A DNA stretch of 64,000 bases, from the NCBI RefSeq assembly GCF_009914755.1, contig NC_060931.1. One strand, given 5' to 3'. The position numbers and the translations under genes were made by a program. Source of the DNA: the human T2T-CHM13v2.0 reference genome, Homo sapiens. This document shows, one piece after another, positions 43,977 to 59,647 of this stretch (positions are counted from its first letter, which is position 1; each line of letters begins with the position of its first letter). A model generated the notes under the pieces. It did not search any database and had not been told where the DNA came from. It saw nothing but the letters and a program-made list of their open reading frames with translations.

Positions 43977-44404
43977 TGTATTAAAAAAAATATGAGGCAC
44001 AGTAAAATTTTAAAGAGTTTATTTAAGTAAGAAGCAATTCATGAATTGGAGAGCACCAGACCGACAAAGGTTTAGTGTTGCGATGACAAAATGTCAGAGG
44101 CAAGCATTTATTGGGAAGTTATAGAAGCAAAATGAAACATTATTTGCTTAGTTTGCAGTTACATAATTGCATTTTTTAGGTAACTTTTTGGAAAGTCCCT
44201 AGTCACATAATCATATGTTAGTTGGCTGCTTATCATTGGCTGGGGTTAAGTTTTATTTGTTGTAAGCATTTATCAGAAATTGACCCAAGTTAAGTTTAAT
44301 TTATGTTTGTAGTTTTAGCAAGAATATGGCTATTTTTAAGGTCTTTGGCTTTGTTTGCCTGGGAATTTTTCAGGCCCAGTCTCCATTTTAATTTTGTTTT
44401 CACA
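43977..44404 (-). mobile_element. ERV1-type solo LTR just upstream of the KEL promoter
   Basis: Minus strand TGTGAAAACAAAATTAAAATGGAG...AATAAACTCTTTAAAATTTTAC...TACA; near-TSD cttc/cctc. Confidence 0.65.
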
Positions 44405-47078
44405 CCTCTCTGATTGGCTTTTCTGGGATTCATCAATTCCCAGGTCAAATGCCACCTTTCCCAGGAGGCCTCCCAGCTCCATGCCCATTCACACTGTTCC
44501 CAAGCATGCTTAATTGTTTCTCTCGGTGTTTCATAGCTCTGCTGGCTGCTGGCAAAGTCATGCATTCAAAAGATCACCCAGCTAGGAGACCCTAATCTGC
44601 TAATTATTAGCTCTGTGACAATAAACAAGCCACTTAAACTCTGAGGCAGGTAAGCAAGTTTTGTCATCTGGAAAATGAGGGTAATACTTGCCTATGCCTA
44701 CCTCATAGGATCTCATGCCTTCTACAAAAGAATAAGGCTTTACTGAGCCCCTCTTTCTTTCATTCTGCTTTCTGTTACACTGATAGCTTGCCTCTTCATC
44801 TCCTTAGTGATTGAAAACTATGTCATAGCATGTACAGTGTCTGGTTTTCATTCCTGCCCACCCAAGATGCTTTCTAAATGTTAATAGAAATGAATTGCAT
44901 TCCAAGCCAGAAATCCTCTTTCTCACATCATATTAAGCCCTTACCTGTGGTCTGAGAGAGGCAAGCACATTTCTGGGGGAAGGTGTTTCAACTCTGTCCT
45001 TGTTTCCTCATCCCAGGAAAAAAATAATGTAATTTATTAGGTTAGTCTTGCAAATGATCCCCTGGCGATATTTCCAGATTCCATCAGCACTGTGCTAGGG
45101 CCATGGTGCACTTGCCAGGATGAGGGTGGGTGTGGAGAAGTGGAGTAAAGCCATTGTGCCCCCTGGGGCCAGCTGGTCGGGTATCATGAAAGTCATAAAG
45201 AAAAGTCAGAACTTCATACATTAGAAAAGAAAGCATTGGGAAAAATAAGGCTTTTGAGGAAAGGTGTGGCAAGATACAATAATATCTAAGAAACGCCGGT
45301 GTGGTATTGGGGATCTGGACTGATTGGATAAAAGACAAGAAACAGAGTGGTTAGTTTGGTGTTGCAGGAGTGATGAAGGGAGGGCCCGGCCCAAGGGGAT
45401 GGCAGAGGGGAGGGAAGTGCGTAGAAAGAAAAATTGTATGGAATAAAGTCATGGCAATGGATTGAATGGAGGAGGGGTTTATGATAGAGCCACAGAGGAG
45501 CTCCAAGTTGCATTTCTGCATGACTAGGGGAATAGTGATGCCAGCGAACAATGGAATTTTGATTAAGGGGGGAGTAGGAATCAGAGTGAGGGGAAAAAGC
45601 TGACTCAGGATTCTAGAGGTGTTTGGTCTGTGTGGGTACACCCTGATGGTGCCTCCTCTTCAAACTTCCCTTCCACAGAAAGTCCAATACTCTCCCCATG
45701 GGCTTTTAGCTTCCTTCACACATATTCCCTTCCTCACTCCTTTTCTATCAATCAAAGCCCCTGAGCTGATGTTTCCCTAGGAAGATGATAATGGAGACCA
45801 CTTAGATTTGATAAGAGAAAGTTGAAGATGGAGTGTGCTCTGTGACATTTGCCTATGGACAGCCACCACAGCCTGGACTTAGGTTCTCTCCCTGTCAGAG
45901 AAGCTGAGCCAGCCACAGGGATAGGGCAGCACAGCTGCCAGGTCCACCATTCCTACTCAGCCTCCTCCTGAAGGCCAAGCAACCTCCATCCTGGGAGCTG
46001 TCTCAGGAGCAGGACTTCTTCTTATCACCCATATCCTACTCCATGGTGAGTCATCACCAGCACAGCCATACCCAGTCACGGGAGTGCAGCAGCCTTCACT
46101 CAGATCTAAGCCCCGAGAAGAGGTGTGTTAACAGCTGTGGCACATGGACCACATTTATCTTTTCGGATGCTGCCTCCTTCTTGCCCTCAATTGTCCTGTC
46201 TGTTTATTTTAATTCCAGGAGGTTTTGTTTCATGCCATAATAGTATCAAAATAAAATATTGGTAATAATAAAAATAACCACTTTTTACGGAGCACCTTCT
46301 TTGTGCTAGGAATGTGCTAAATGTTTTGCTTGTACATTTTCCTTCAGTCTTCACAGCAACTTTCTGAGGGAAATAACAGCTTTTATTTTCCCCATTTTAT
46401 AGATGAGCGGTCAGAGAGATATGAAAGTACAGTGAACTTACTCAAAGTTACAAAATTAATAATTAGCAGAACCGAGAATTGAACCAAAGCCTTAACCATT
46501 GAGCCTCTCAGTCACTAAGTATCTGTTTTTTGGAAGTTTCTTCATAGTAAACATCTTCCTTCATCTAAACTCTTCTTTTTAAACTATGTTTCACTGCTTG
46601 GCCTTGTGAGGTGACAGTTTTGGGGACTAGTATTCTCAAACTCTCTAACATCCAGTTTCATCATCTGAAGATCATGGCCTTTGCCACAATGTTCTATCCA
46701 TAATCAGCTGCCATCTACAGTGGATGTGGTATCAAAATCAAGGACAGGACATTAATCTGTCTATTGTGACACTCTCAAGTGTGCACATGACTGGCAATTT
46801 GCTTCTAAGATCACTCGATTGCAGTGATAGCCACTAAGAAGCTACCCCCTAAAGAACAATAAACCCAGTTCTGAGTGAACCGAAGTAAGCCTTGACATCA
46901 CAAGCAATGTTGAGGACTTTGCCCAGAAGATGATGGAGAAACAGATCATGGGGGGCAGGTTTTGGGGTGCACTGATTGCTCTTTCAAAGGAAGCAATACT
47001 TGAGAATTGGGGAGCTCCTTTGGGAAAGAGTAGCTTGTAAGTTCAGTATACCACAAAGTGGCTTTTGAAATAATTTAA

Positions 47079-47605
<527 letters not shown>

Positions 47606-47949
47606 TGACTCTAAGAAGACTAAAATACATAGCCTCTGTATTTTTATTAAATCAACTAAAATATACTAAACAAATAATAGCTGTATTGGTACTTGAATAT
47701 GTCAAAAACTTGAAGAAAATGCTCAGAAGTCTGGAGTTTTAATTATGTATGGGTAGAAACAGCTCAAAAGGAGGATCTTTGTCCTTTTTTATTTTCTTTT
47801 TGGTATTTTCTACATGCCACCACATTTTTCTTCCTAATCCAACAGGTTTTGAAGATAGTACTCTGAATACAGAGACTCTAATAAGTTGTGTCAATTCAAC
47901 ATATGTTTCCTCAAGAAAATTTACATAAGTTCTTGCTAAAACCAAGGTC

Positions 47950-48885
<936 letters not shown>

Positions 48886-49917
48886 AGGAGAAAGACAGTT
48901 TTCCTTTGAAGCAACCTATCATGAACAGATCACTGAACCCGGGAGTTGGAAAACTTGGTTTTCAGTCCTACATCAGTTTTAAAGTAGCTGGGTAATTTTT
49001 ACCTACTTTTTTTCACCTCAATAAAATCTAGCACTGAAAACCTATGTTTCTAGGTTTCTAGTCTGGTCTCTGTTTCTTTTAAGGGGGACTTTAAGGTCCC
49101 AAGTCTTCTAAAGTCTCTTAGGTTTAAGGTCAAAGCATTAGATCAATGTATGGCAACTGATTCTCTCCCCCTTAAAGATGACCATAGATGAAAGAAGGAA
49201 CTATCTAAACCCACTAAGCCAGTCCTGAAAGTGCTGGCCAAGGAGATTAAGTAGAGGGTCATATAGCAGCTATTGGGACTCTTCCTTAGGAGATACTTGG
49301 TATTTTTCCATTGCCTTGGCATGATTTGTTGTTGTTGTTGTTTTGTTTTGTTTGTCCCTTCTTCTATTCTGCTGCCTAGAAGGAAGATGTTTCCTTCTAG
49401 GAAGATAAGGATGACAGGAATGAGGTTCACACTTGGGGGAACTGTTAACCTCTTGAGCTAGAAGGAACCCAGCATCTGGGTGCTGTGGACGTTGTGGAGA
49501 AAAGTGGCCATGTCGGCTCTAGACTGCATCTCTACAAACTTTTACATGTGAGAAAATTACTATTTTCTTTAGGCTACTGTAGTTTCTTTCTATTACTTAA
49601 GACTAACTTTAATCCTACTAATAGATAAATATTAATACCTAAGATAAATGAGGTTTGACCATGTCTACCTATTCAGTGTTGTTAGATACAGATGACCATG
49701 TTGCGAACTGCACAATTTTAAGGATTGACAATTACATGAACTAAAACGTGCATGGTTTTCTATAGGGTTGAGCCACACAACAACCTTGTACCTAACAACT
49801 AGTATGATGTGGAAAGAGGAAGTTGATCTCATACTAACGTGTTGTTCCTATACTTCTTGTTGGTTCACTCAGAGACCTCAATATTCTTGCTCAAGTTGTT
49901 CAACTTGTGTTTTTTCT

Positions 49918-50319
49918 CTTTTCTTTCTTTTATACACAGGGTCTCGCTCTGTCACCCAGGGTGGAGTGCAGTGGTGCAATCTTGACTCACTGCAGCCTCA
50001 ACCTCCCAGCTGTATGACCTTGAATTGAACACCTCTTTTTGAGATGGGGTCTCACCCTGTGACTCAGGCTGCAGTGCAGTGGCATGATCACAGCTCACTG
50101 CATCCTCTCCCGGGCTCAAGCAATCCTTCACCTCAGCCCCACCAAGCAACTGAGACTACAGGTACACACCACCACACCCGGCTAAATTTTTGTTTACTTT
50201 GTAGAGATAAGGTCTCACTATGTTGCCCAGGCTGATCTTGAACTCCTTGGCTCAAGTGATCCACCTACCTCAGCTTCACAAAGTGCTGAGATTACAGGTA
50301 TGAGCCCCTGCACCTGGCC
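49918..50319 (-). mobile_element. Old Alu (J-like) plus adjacent partial Alu
   Basis: Two consecutive right-arm starts (about 49935 and 50040). Confidence 0.8.
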
Positions 50320-51426
50320 ACTTTTATAAGTCTATAACTGTTGGAATCCTCCCAAGAAAATAGAAACAGCTCTAGGTATTTCAGAGAAAACTTAATACAT
50401 CTAACTAGATACATAGGTAATAGAAGAATTGAGAAGTTAAATGGGTGGGGGAGAGAAAATGAGGCAGTCCTAAAATTATCAACAGAAGAAAACTACCACA
50501 AATCTTTAGTTTAGAGGAACAAAGAGGAGAAGGGGTGTTACCAGAGTCTGGGAGTTGTAGCACGTGCAGAAGATGGACCATTCTGGACCTTCTCAGCAAG
50601 CTGGGATCTTAGAAGAAAGAACTATTTGGTGGGAGATGGAGCCACTGTGGACATATGCCTGCCCTTGGAGGTGCCCCCTGAGGCAGAGAGAGAAAACAAG
50701 AAACATCCTGGTTTCATCTCTGCTTCCACCCTCTTCCCCTTGGCTGAATCTTTGCAGAAGTCAGAAAGAAAAGAGCCTGGGGAAACAGTTCCTCGTGATA
50801 CAGAGCAGAACAGAGGAAGCCAGGAAACTGACCTGCAAACAGGCAAATGACTGGCACAGAGTATTTGTAGGAGTATTTGATTTGTGCGTAAAGGCACTGG
50901 GAACACGCAGTACTGCTTCATAGCCCAAGTTACCACGGGTGGCTCAAAGCTGAGCAGAAAATGCTCTTTTATGCAGAACTCCTCAGTATCTTGAAAATTA
51001 GATGTTTTTATTATCTGGAAACAGCATCCTTGAAATAGACATTGCTATTCTTATGATAGTCTGCAACAGCAGTAATAAAGGTAAGCCTCCTTCAAATACC
51101 TCTGTAGATAACAGACATTAACTCAGAGAAATAAGAGCAAAAGAAAAATAACACAGTGGATGCTGCATAGTAACCACAGCTGACTGGATGATTTATTTCC
51201 TGTGAAAACCTACCCCTCAGGGAATTCCAAAAACACTTGAAGTGAACTTTTTGGGAGAGGCAAGAACAGGATATTTGAGGTGCTGATGTTCATATGACAT
51301 CATGTGTATCCCCAGATGAATGGATCAGGCATCATTTGAATTCTATGAATATTTACTTCAAGAGTGTAGTCTTTATTAATAAGCAAGCTTGGTCTATGGT
51401 TTTTCTTTTTAAAATGTCATTTTTAT

Positions 51427-51557
51427 AGCCTGGGCAACATAACGAGATCTCATCTCTATGAAAAATTTTAAAAATTAGTCCTAGCTACTCAAAAGGCTGA
51501 GGCTGAGGTGGGAGGATAACTTGAGCACAAGAGTTCAAGGCTGCAGTGAGCTATGAA
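51427..51557 (+). mobile_element. Partial Alu/FLAM
   Basis: agcctgggcaacataacgag...gctgcagtgagctatg. Confidence 0.75.
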
Positions 51558-51886
51558 GGCAGTGACTTTGTGACTTGCAGAGTGAGATGACTTCCCCTGG
51601 GTTTTCATTTAGCCTCATATATCCCAGTCATGGAGGTGAATAATTCAGAAACCCAGAAATGAAATGGATGCAGACAATAAGAGCCCCAAGGAAAGCCTGC
51701 TCTCTCCAGCAAAAGGAGCAGGAAAAGGGCAGCCTACCAAGACAGAAAACATAATAGTCACTCTATTCAAGCCAATTACCACAGAAAAAATGGTGGCTCC
51801 TTTCCCATCCATGCCAGCAAAGGCTGACAGGAAAGCCTAGATTTCCACCTTTGAAAGGCATAGTGAGGCATGCAAACAACCTCCCA

Positions 51887-51888
<2 letters not shown>

Positions 51889-51937
<49 letters not shown>

Positions 51938-51954
51938 CGCACACACACACACAC
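51889..51954. repeat. (CA)n microsatellite
   Basis: Direct inspection. Confidence 0.95.
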
Positions 51955-52498
51955 GTGGTATCAGAGAAGGCCAAGTAGGGAGCCAGAAATTTCATCCTCA
52001 CTGGACAATAAAGAGGCCCCCATCCCCTCCTGTCAGAGGTGCTGGTGGAGGGAGAGTCATGACTTTCATCATCAGTCAGTAGTAAGAAGAGCAAATCACC
52101 CCCCAGCCATAGTGTCATTGGAGGCCGTGTGGGAGTCACTCCTATCCCTCCAGACAGAAAGTCCTACCCCTTCACACAGAAAGGTATCAATAGACACCAA
52201 ATGAGGGCTTGAAATCCTAACCTTGCCCAACAATAATGAAGAGTCTTAAACTGGGTTGTCAACAGAGGTCAACTGAGGAAACCGAATTTCTACTCTCACC
52301 AAAATGGTGCTCCCTACTGCCACCACTCTGCTGGAGAAGTGCCTGAAAAAGCCAGCTAAAATAGAAGGTTTAAATAAGATCTAGGTCCTCATAACATAGT
52401 ACAAAGATGCCCAAGTTTCTATGAAAATCACTCATTATACCAACAACCCTGGAGATCTGAAACTGAAAGAAAAAGAAAAAGATAATCAATAGATATTA

Positions 52499-52829
<331 letters not shown>

Positions 52830-53194
52830 TTAGCATAGGGATGATAGAAATGTTAGAATTCTGTGATAATGATTTTAAAGCAATCATAATACAATTGGTT
52901 AAATGAGCTGAAACAAATAAAAGAAAAGGAGTTTCAGCAAAGAAACAGAGGATGTAAAGAAGAGACAAACAAATTTTGGAACTCAAAAATGCAAAATTAG
53001 AACCCCAAAATAAATAAATAGCCCAAATTTAAAACTCAGTGGATGGACTCAACAGGGAACAGATGGGTAAAAAAAGCAATGTACTAGAAGACAAAACAAC
53101 ATAAATTACCCAGTCTGAATAACAGAGAGAAAAGGGACTGGGAAAAATTTGAACAGAGCCTCAGAGATCTGTGAGACTATAATAAAAGATCTAG

Positions 53195-53490
53195 ACTGGG
53201 CACGATGGCTCACACCTGTAATCCCGCACTTTGGGAGGCCGAGGTGGGTGGATCATGAGGTCAGTAGATTGAGACCATCCTGGTCAACATGGTGAAACCC
53301 CCATCTCTACTAAAATAAAAAAAAATTAGCCAGATGTGGTGGCACACACCTGTAGTCCCAGCTACTTGGGAGGCTGAGGCAGGGGAATCGCATGAACCCG
53401 GGATGCAGAGGTTTCAGTGAGCCAAGATTGGGCTACTGCACTCCATCCTGGCCACAGAGTGAGACTCCGTCTCAAAAAATATATATAAAT
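53195..53490 (+). mobile_element. Alu
   Basis: TSD aaagatcta. Confidence 0.93.
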
Positions 53491-53983
53491 AAATAAAGAT
53501 CTAACGTACATTTCATCAGAAAAAGGAGGGCTAAAAATGTGCTCAAATAAACGATAACTGAAAACTTCCCAAATTTGGCAAGAGACAAACACCTACAGAT
53601 TCAAGAAGCTGAGCAAATCCCAAACAAGATCAACCCAAAAAAATCCACACTGAGACGCATCATAGTTAAACTTCTGAAAACTAGACACACAGAAAGATAT
53701 TAAAAGCATCAAGAAAAAAATAAAGTCTATATTGGAAAAACAATTCAAAGGACAGTGGATTTCTCATCAGAAACCATGGAGGCCAAAAGGAAGTGACATA
53801 ATGTTTTCCAAGTGCTGAGAAAAGACGACTGCAGCCCAGAATCCTATACTTAGAAAAAATATACTTCAGGAATGAAGAGGAAGTCAAGACATCTCAGATG
53901 AAGGAAAACTAAGAGAAGTTACCATTAGCAGAACCATCCTAAATGAATGACTGAAGAAAGTTCTCTAAACAGGAGTGAAATTA

Positions 53984-54317
<334 letters not shown>

Positions 54318-54557
54318 GGAAACTTGGAACATCAGAAAAAAACATAGTAAACCAGTATATAGGTAAATACAATAGACCTTCCTTTTTGTGAAGACTTTGA
54401 AATTGTGTTTGATGATTGAAGCAAAAATGAGACTATATCTGATATAAATGTAGAGAAAGACCATTACATTATAATTATGGGAGAAAATAAGATGACTATG
54501 ATTAATTATGTACATGTAACATAATACTAAAGTAACCACTAAATTTATTAGGGCAAG

Positions 54558-54926
<369 letters not shown>

Positions 54927-55228
54927 TCAAAATAGTTTGAAAAATGTTCAAGTAGCCCACAGAAAGCCATGAAAAAATAGAGAAATAAAAGAGAGAATAA
55001 ACATAAAACAAAAAATTAAATAAATGTTACACTTTAATGCACCAATAATTACATTAAATGTAAGTAGTCTGATAAACCAAGTTAAAGACAGAGACTGGCA
55101 GAGTAGGTTACATCCCCCCTTATATGCTCTCTACAAAAAATTCACTTAAAATATAATGATATAGACAGCTTAAAAGTAAAATATTGGAAAATGGTATATC
55201 ATGCAAACATTAATCAAAAGAAAGGAGG

Positions 55229-55619
<391 letters not shown>

Positions 55620-56239
55620 TTAATCCACCAAAAAGACATAGCAATCCTAAAATTGTGTGCACCAAACAACAGAACTGAAAAATATGTGAAACAAAAACTG
55701 ATAGAATGGGAGGAGAAATAGATAAAGTCACACTTACAGTTGGAGATTTTAACACCCCTTCTCAACAAATTATAAACTATGTAGACAAAAAATCCTCAAG
55801 GATATAAAAGAACTCAGTGTTCTAATTAACACGTATAGCACACTTCACCTAACAGCAGAATAGACATTCTCTTCATGCCCACAAAACATGTACCAAAGTA
55901 GACGATATCTTTTTTTAAAACTCAAAAATTTTAAGAGAATTGAAATCATACAGGGTGTGTTCTCCGGTTAGTGGAAATCAAAGAGCAGAAAGATAACAGG
56001 AAAGTTTCTGAACACTTGTAAACTAAGCAACAGACCTCTTAATAATCTGTGGGTCAAAAAGGAAGTCTCAAGGGATTTTTTCAATACAGTGAATTGAATG
56101 AAAATGAAAACACAACAATCAAAATTTGTGCCACACAGAAGGATTGAGAGGGAAACTTACAGTGCCAAATGCACACATTAGAAAAGAAGAATAGTCTCAG
56201 ATCAACAATGTAAGTTCCCACTTTCAGAACCGAGTCAGA

Positions 56240-56541
56240 GGCTGCCTGCAGTGACTCACGCCTGTAATCCCAGTACTTTGTGGGGCTGAGGTGGGCAGAT
56301 CACTTGAGGTCAGGAGTTTGAGACCAGCCTGGCCAACATGCCGAAACCTTGTCTCTACAAAATATAGAAAATTTAGTTGGGTGTGGTGGCACATGCCTGT
56401 AGTCCTAGCTACTTGGGAGGCTGAGGCAGGAGAATCACTTGAACCCAGGAGTTGGAGGTTCCCGTGAGCCAAGATCACACCACTGTGCTCCAGCCTGGGC
56501 CACAGAACGAGACTCTGTCTCAAAGAAAAAAAAAAAAAAAA
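56240..56541 (+). mobile_element. Alu
   Basis: Alu body and poly-A. Confidence 0.93.
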
Positions 56542-57461
56542 GAACTGAACCCAGCCAGAAAGGAATGAAATGAACCCAAAACAATCAGAAAGAAGAAAAT
56601 AATAAATATAAAGAATAGAAATCAATACAATTAAAAAACAGAAGAGAAAACTAATGAAAAAGAGCTGGATCTTTAAAAAGATAATGATTAAAACTGACAA
56701 ATCTCTGGCAAGACTGACAAAATGAGAGAGTGAGAAAGAGAAGACACAAATTACCACATCATCAATATCAGAAATGAAACAGGGGATAACACTATAGTCC
56801 CTGCAAACATCAAAATTTCATGAACAATTCTACATGCATAATTTGACAACCTAGATAAAAATCAAATGATTTATTAAAAAAATACAAACTCTTACAATGC
56901 ATTTAAGATAAAGTAGGTAATTTGAATAGCCTTAAAAGGAAATTTAACTTGTAATTTAAGAGCTCCCAAATGAGATATTGCCAGCCCCTAGTGATTTTAT
57001 GGGAAAAACTAATAAACATTTACAGAAGAATTAACACCAATTCTATATACAATCTCTTCCAGAAAATATGAGAGGAAGAAATACTTTCCAATTCATTTTA
57101 TGAAGCCATTTTCACCCTAATGCCAAAACCAGACCAAAAAAACACACAAAAAACCCTGCAGACCAATAATCCTCATATAGCTGAAAATTTCATAATAAAA
57201 TATTATCAAATAGAATTCAGTAATATGTAAACATTATTCTCCATGGCCAAGTAGGATTTATTCTAGGAATGCAACATAGGTTTAACATTTGAAAATCAAT
57301 CAATGTAATCTACCATATTAATGGGGTAAAGAAGAAAAATCATATAATCGTATCAGTTAATTCAGAAAAAATCATTAGACAAAATTCAACACCTATCCAT
57401 AACAACTCTCAGAAAAATAGGAATAGATTTGACACAGTGCATCTACAAAAATCCCATAGCT

Positions 57462-57746
57462 GGCTAGGTACAGTGGCTCATGCATGTAATCCCAGCACTT
57501 TGGGAGGCTGAGGCAGGTGGATCACCTGAGGTCAGGAGTTTGAGACCAGCCTGACCCATACGGTGAAACTCTACTAAAAATACAAAAATTAACCTGGCAT
57601 GGTGGCATGTGCCTGTAGTCCCGGCTACTCAAGAGGCTGAGACAGGAGACTTGACTGGACCCAGGAGGTGGAGATTGCAGTGAGCCAAGACCGCACCACT
57701 GCACTCCAGCCTGGGCTCCGTCTCAAAAAAAAAAAAAAAAAAAAAA
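57462..57746 (+). mobile_element. Alu
   Basis: TSD aaaaatcccatagct. Confidence 0.95.
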
Positions 57747-58205
57747 ATCCCATAGCTAACGTGATATGTGATAAGGGACTGAATGTTTCCCCCATAAGAT
57801 CAGAAACAAGGTAAGCATGCCTAATCCACTCCAATCACTCTTATTAAATGTAGTGCTAGAAGCTGTAATAACTACAACAAAGTAAGAAAAAGAAATAGAG
57901 GGAATACAGATAAGAAAAAAAGAATTAAAATGGTTTCTGTTTGAAGATAACATGATTGCCTACATAGAAAATTCCAAAGAATATACAAAAAAAGTTTAGA
58001 ACTCAAATGTGAGTTAATTAAGGTCACAGGATACAAGATAAACATACAAAAAACAGTTGTGTTTTTATTTGCTAGCCATGAACACGTAGACATTCAAATT
58101 AAAAATATAATAACGTTTACAGTCACTCAAAAAATACTTAGCAAACAAAGCGTGTAATAGTCAAGGTTCTTCAAAGAAGTAGACCCAACAGGATGTGTAT
58201 ATATA

Positions 58206-58533
58206 TAGTCATGCATTGCCTAACAATGGGGATATGCTGAGAAATGTGACTATGCAGTCTCATCATGTGAACATCATAGAATGCATTTACACAAACCTAG
58301 ATATTATAGCCTACTATACACGTAGGCTATGTGGTATGGCGTATTGCTCCTCGGCTATAAACCTGTACAGCATCTTACTGTACTGAACGGTGTAGGCAAT
58401 TGTAACACAATGGTAAGTAGATATATATCTAAACATGGAAAAGGATTTTTTCAGCTCCATTATAATCTTATGAGACCACTGTTATATATGTGATCTGTCA
58501 TTGACCAAAACGTCATTGTATGGTGCATGACTG
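58206..58533. mobile_element. Tigger3/MER7-like DNA transposon
   Basis: TIRs agtcatgca / tgcatgactg with TA flanks. Confidence 0.75.
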
Positions 58534-59647
58534 TACATGTATGTAAGATTTTTTGTTGGTATAGACAAAGTTATTCTATAATTTATATGAAAAAGAAAAA
58601 GAATATATAAAACAATTTTGAAAAATAAGAATGAAGTAGGAGAAATCCATTTACCTGGTATCAGCAGTGATTACGTAGTTACAGTAATTAACAATGGTAG
58701 TGCTGGAGGGACATAGAGATCAGTGAAATAGAACAGAAGTCAGAACCCGTAAATCGGCCCACATAAACATATCAAGCTGATTTTTAATGAAGTGCAAAAG
58801 CAATTCATTGGAAGAAATCCTTTTCAACAAATGTTGCTAAAACAACTGGACATTCATAGGCAAATAAATGAGCCTTGACCTCAGTCTCCCATCTTATATG
58901 GAAAATAACCCCAAATAGATCATGGACTTAAGTGTAAAACATAAAAATATAAAATTGAGAGGAAAAAGCATAGGAGAAAATCTTTGCAACATAGGGCTAG
59001 ACAAAGATTTCTGAGACTTGACACCAAAAGCACAATCCACAAAAGAAGAATAAGTAGGACTTCATCAAAATTAGCAATTTTGCTCTGCAATCAACCATGA
59101 TAAGAGGATTAAAAGATAGACTACAGACTGGGGGAAAATATTTGCAATCATGAATCTGACAAAAGACTGGTATCTAAAATATATAAAAATGTTCCACAAC
59201 TCAACATTAAAAAAACAAAAAATTCAATTTGAAATGGGCAATAGACATGAAGAGATATTTCATCAAAGATAATATAAATATGACAAGTAAGCTCATTGAA
59301 AAATGTTTAAAATTATTAACCATTAGGAAAATGCACTTTATATGGCAGTGAGATATCACTGCATATCTATCAGAATGGCTAAAATAAATTATGACAACCA
59401 AATACTAGAGAGTATGTGGAAAAACTGGATCACTCATATATTGGTGGTGAAACTGTAAGTAAAATGGTATAGTTTTGTAGAGACATAAAATGTTATATTC
59501 ACATAAAATCTCTACGCAAATGTTTACGGTAACTTTATTCATAATAAACAATCCGGTCACATTCTGATGTCCTTCAATGAGTGAATGGTTAAACAAACTG
59601 TAGTAATTTATACCATGGAATATTACTCAGCAGTAAAAAGCAGTAAA

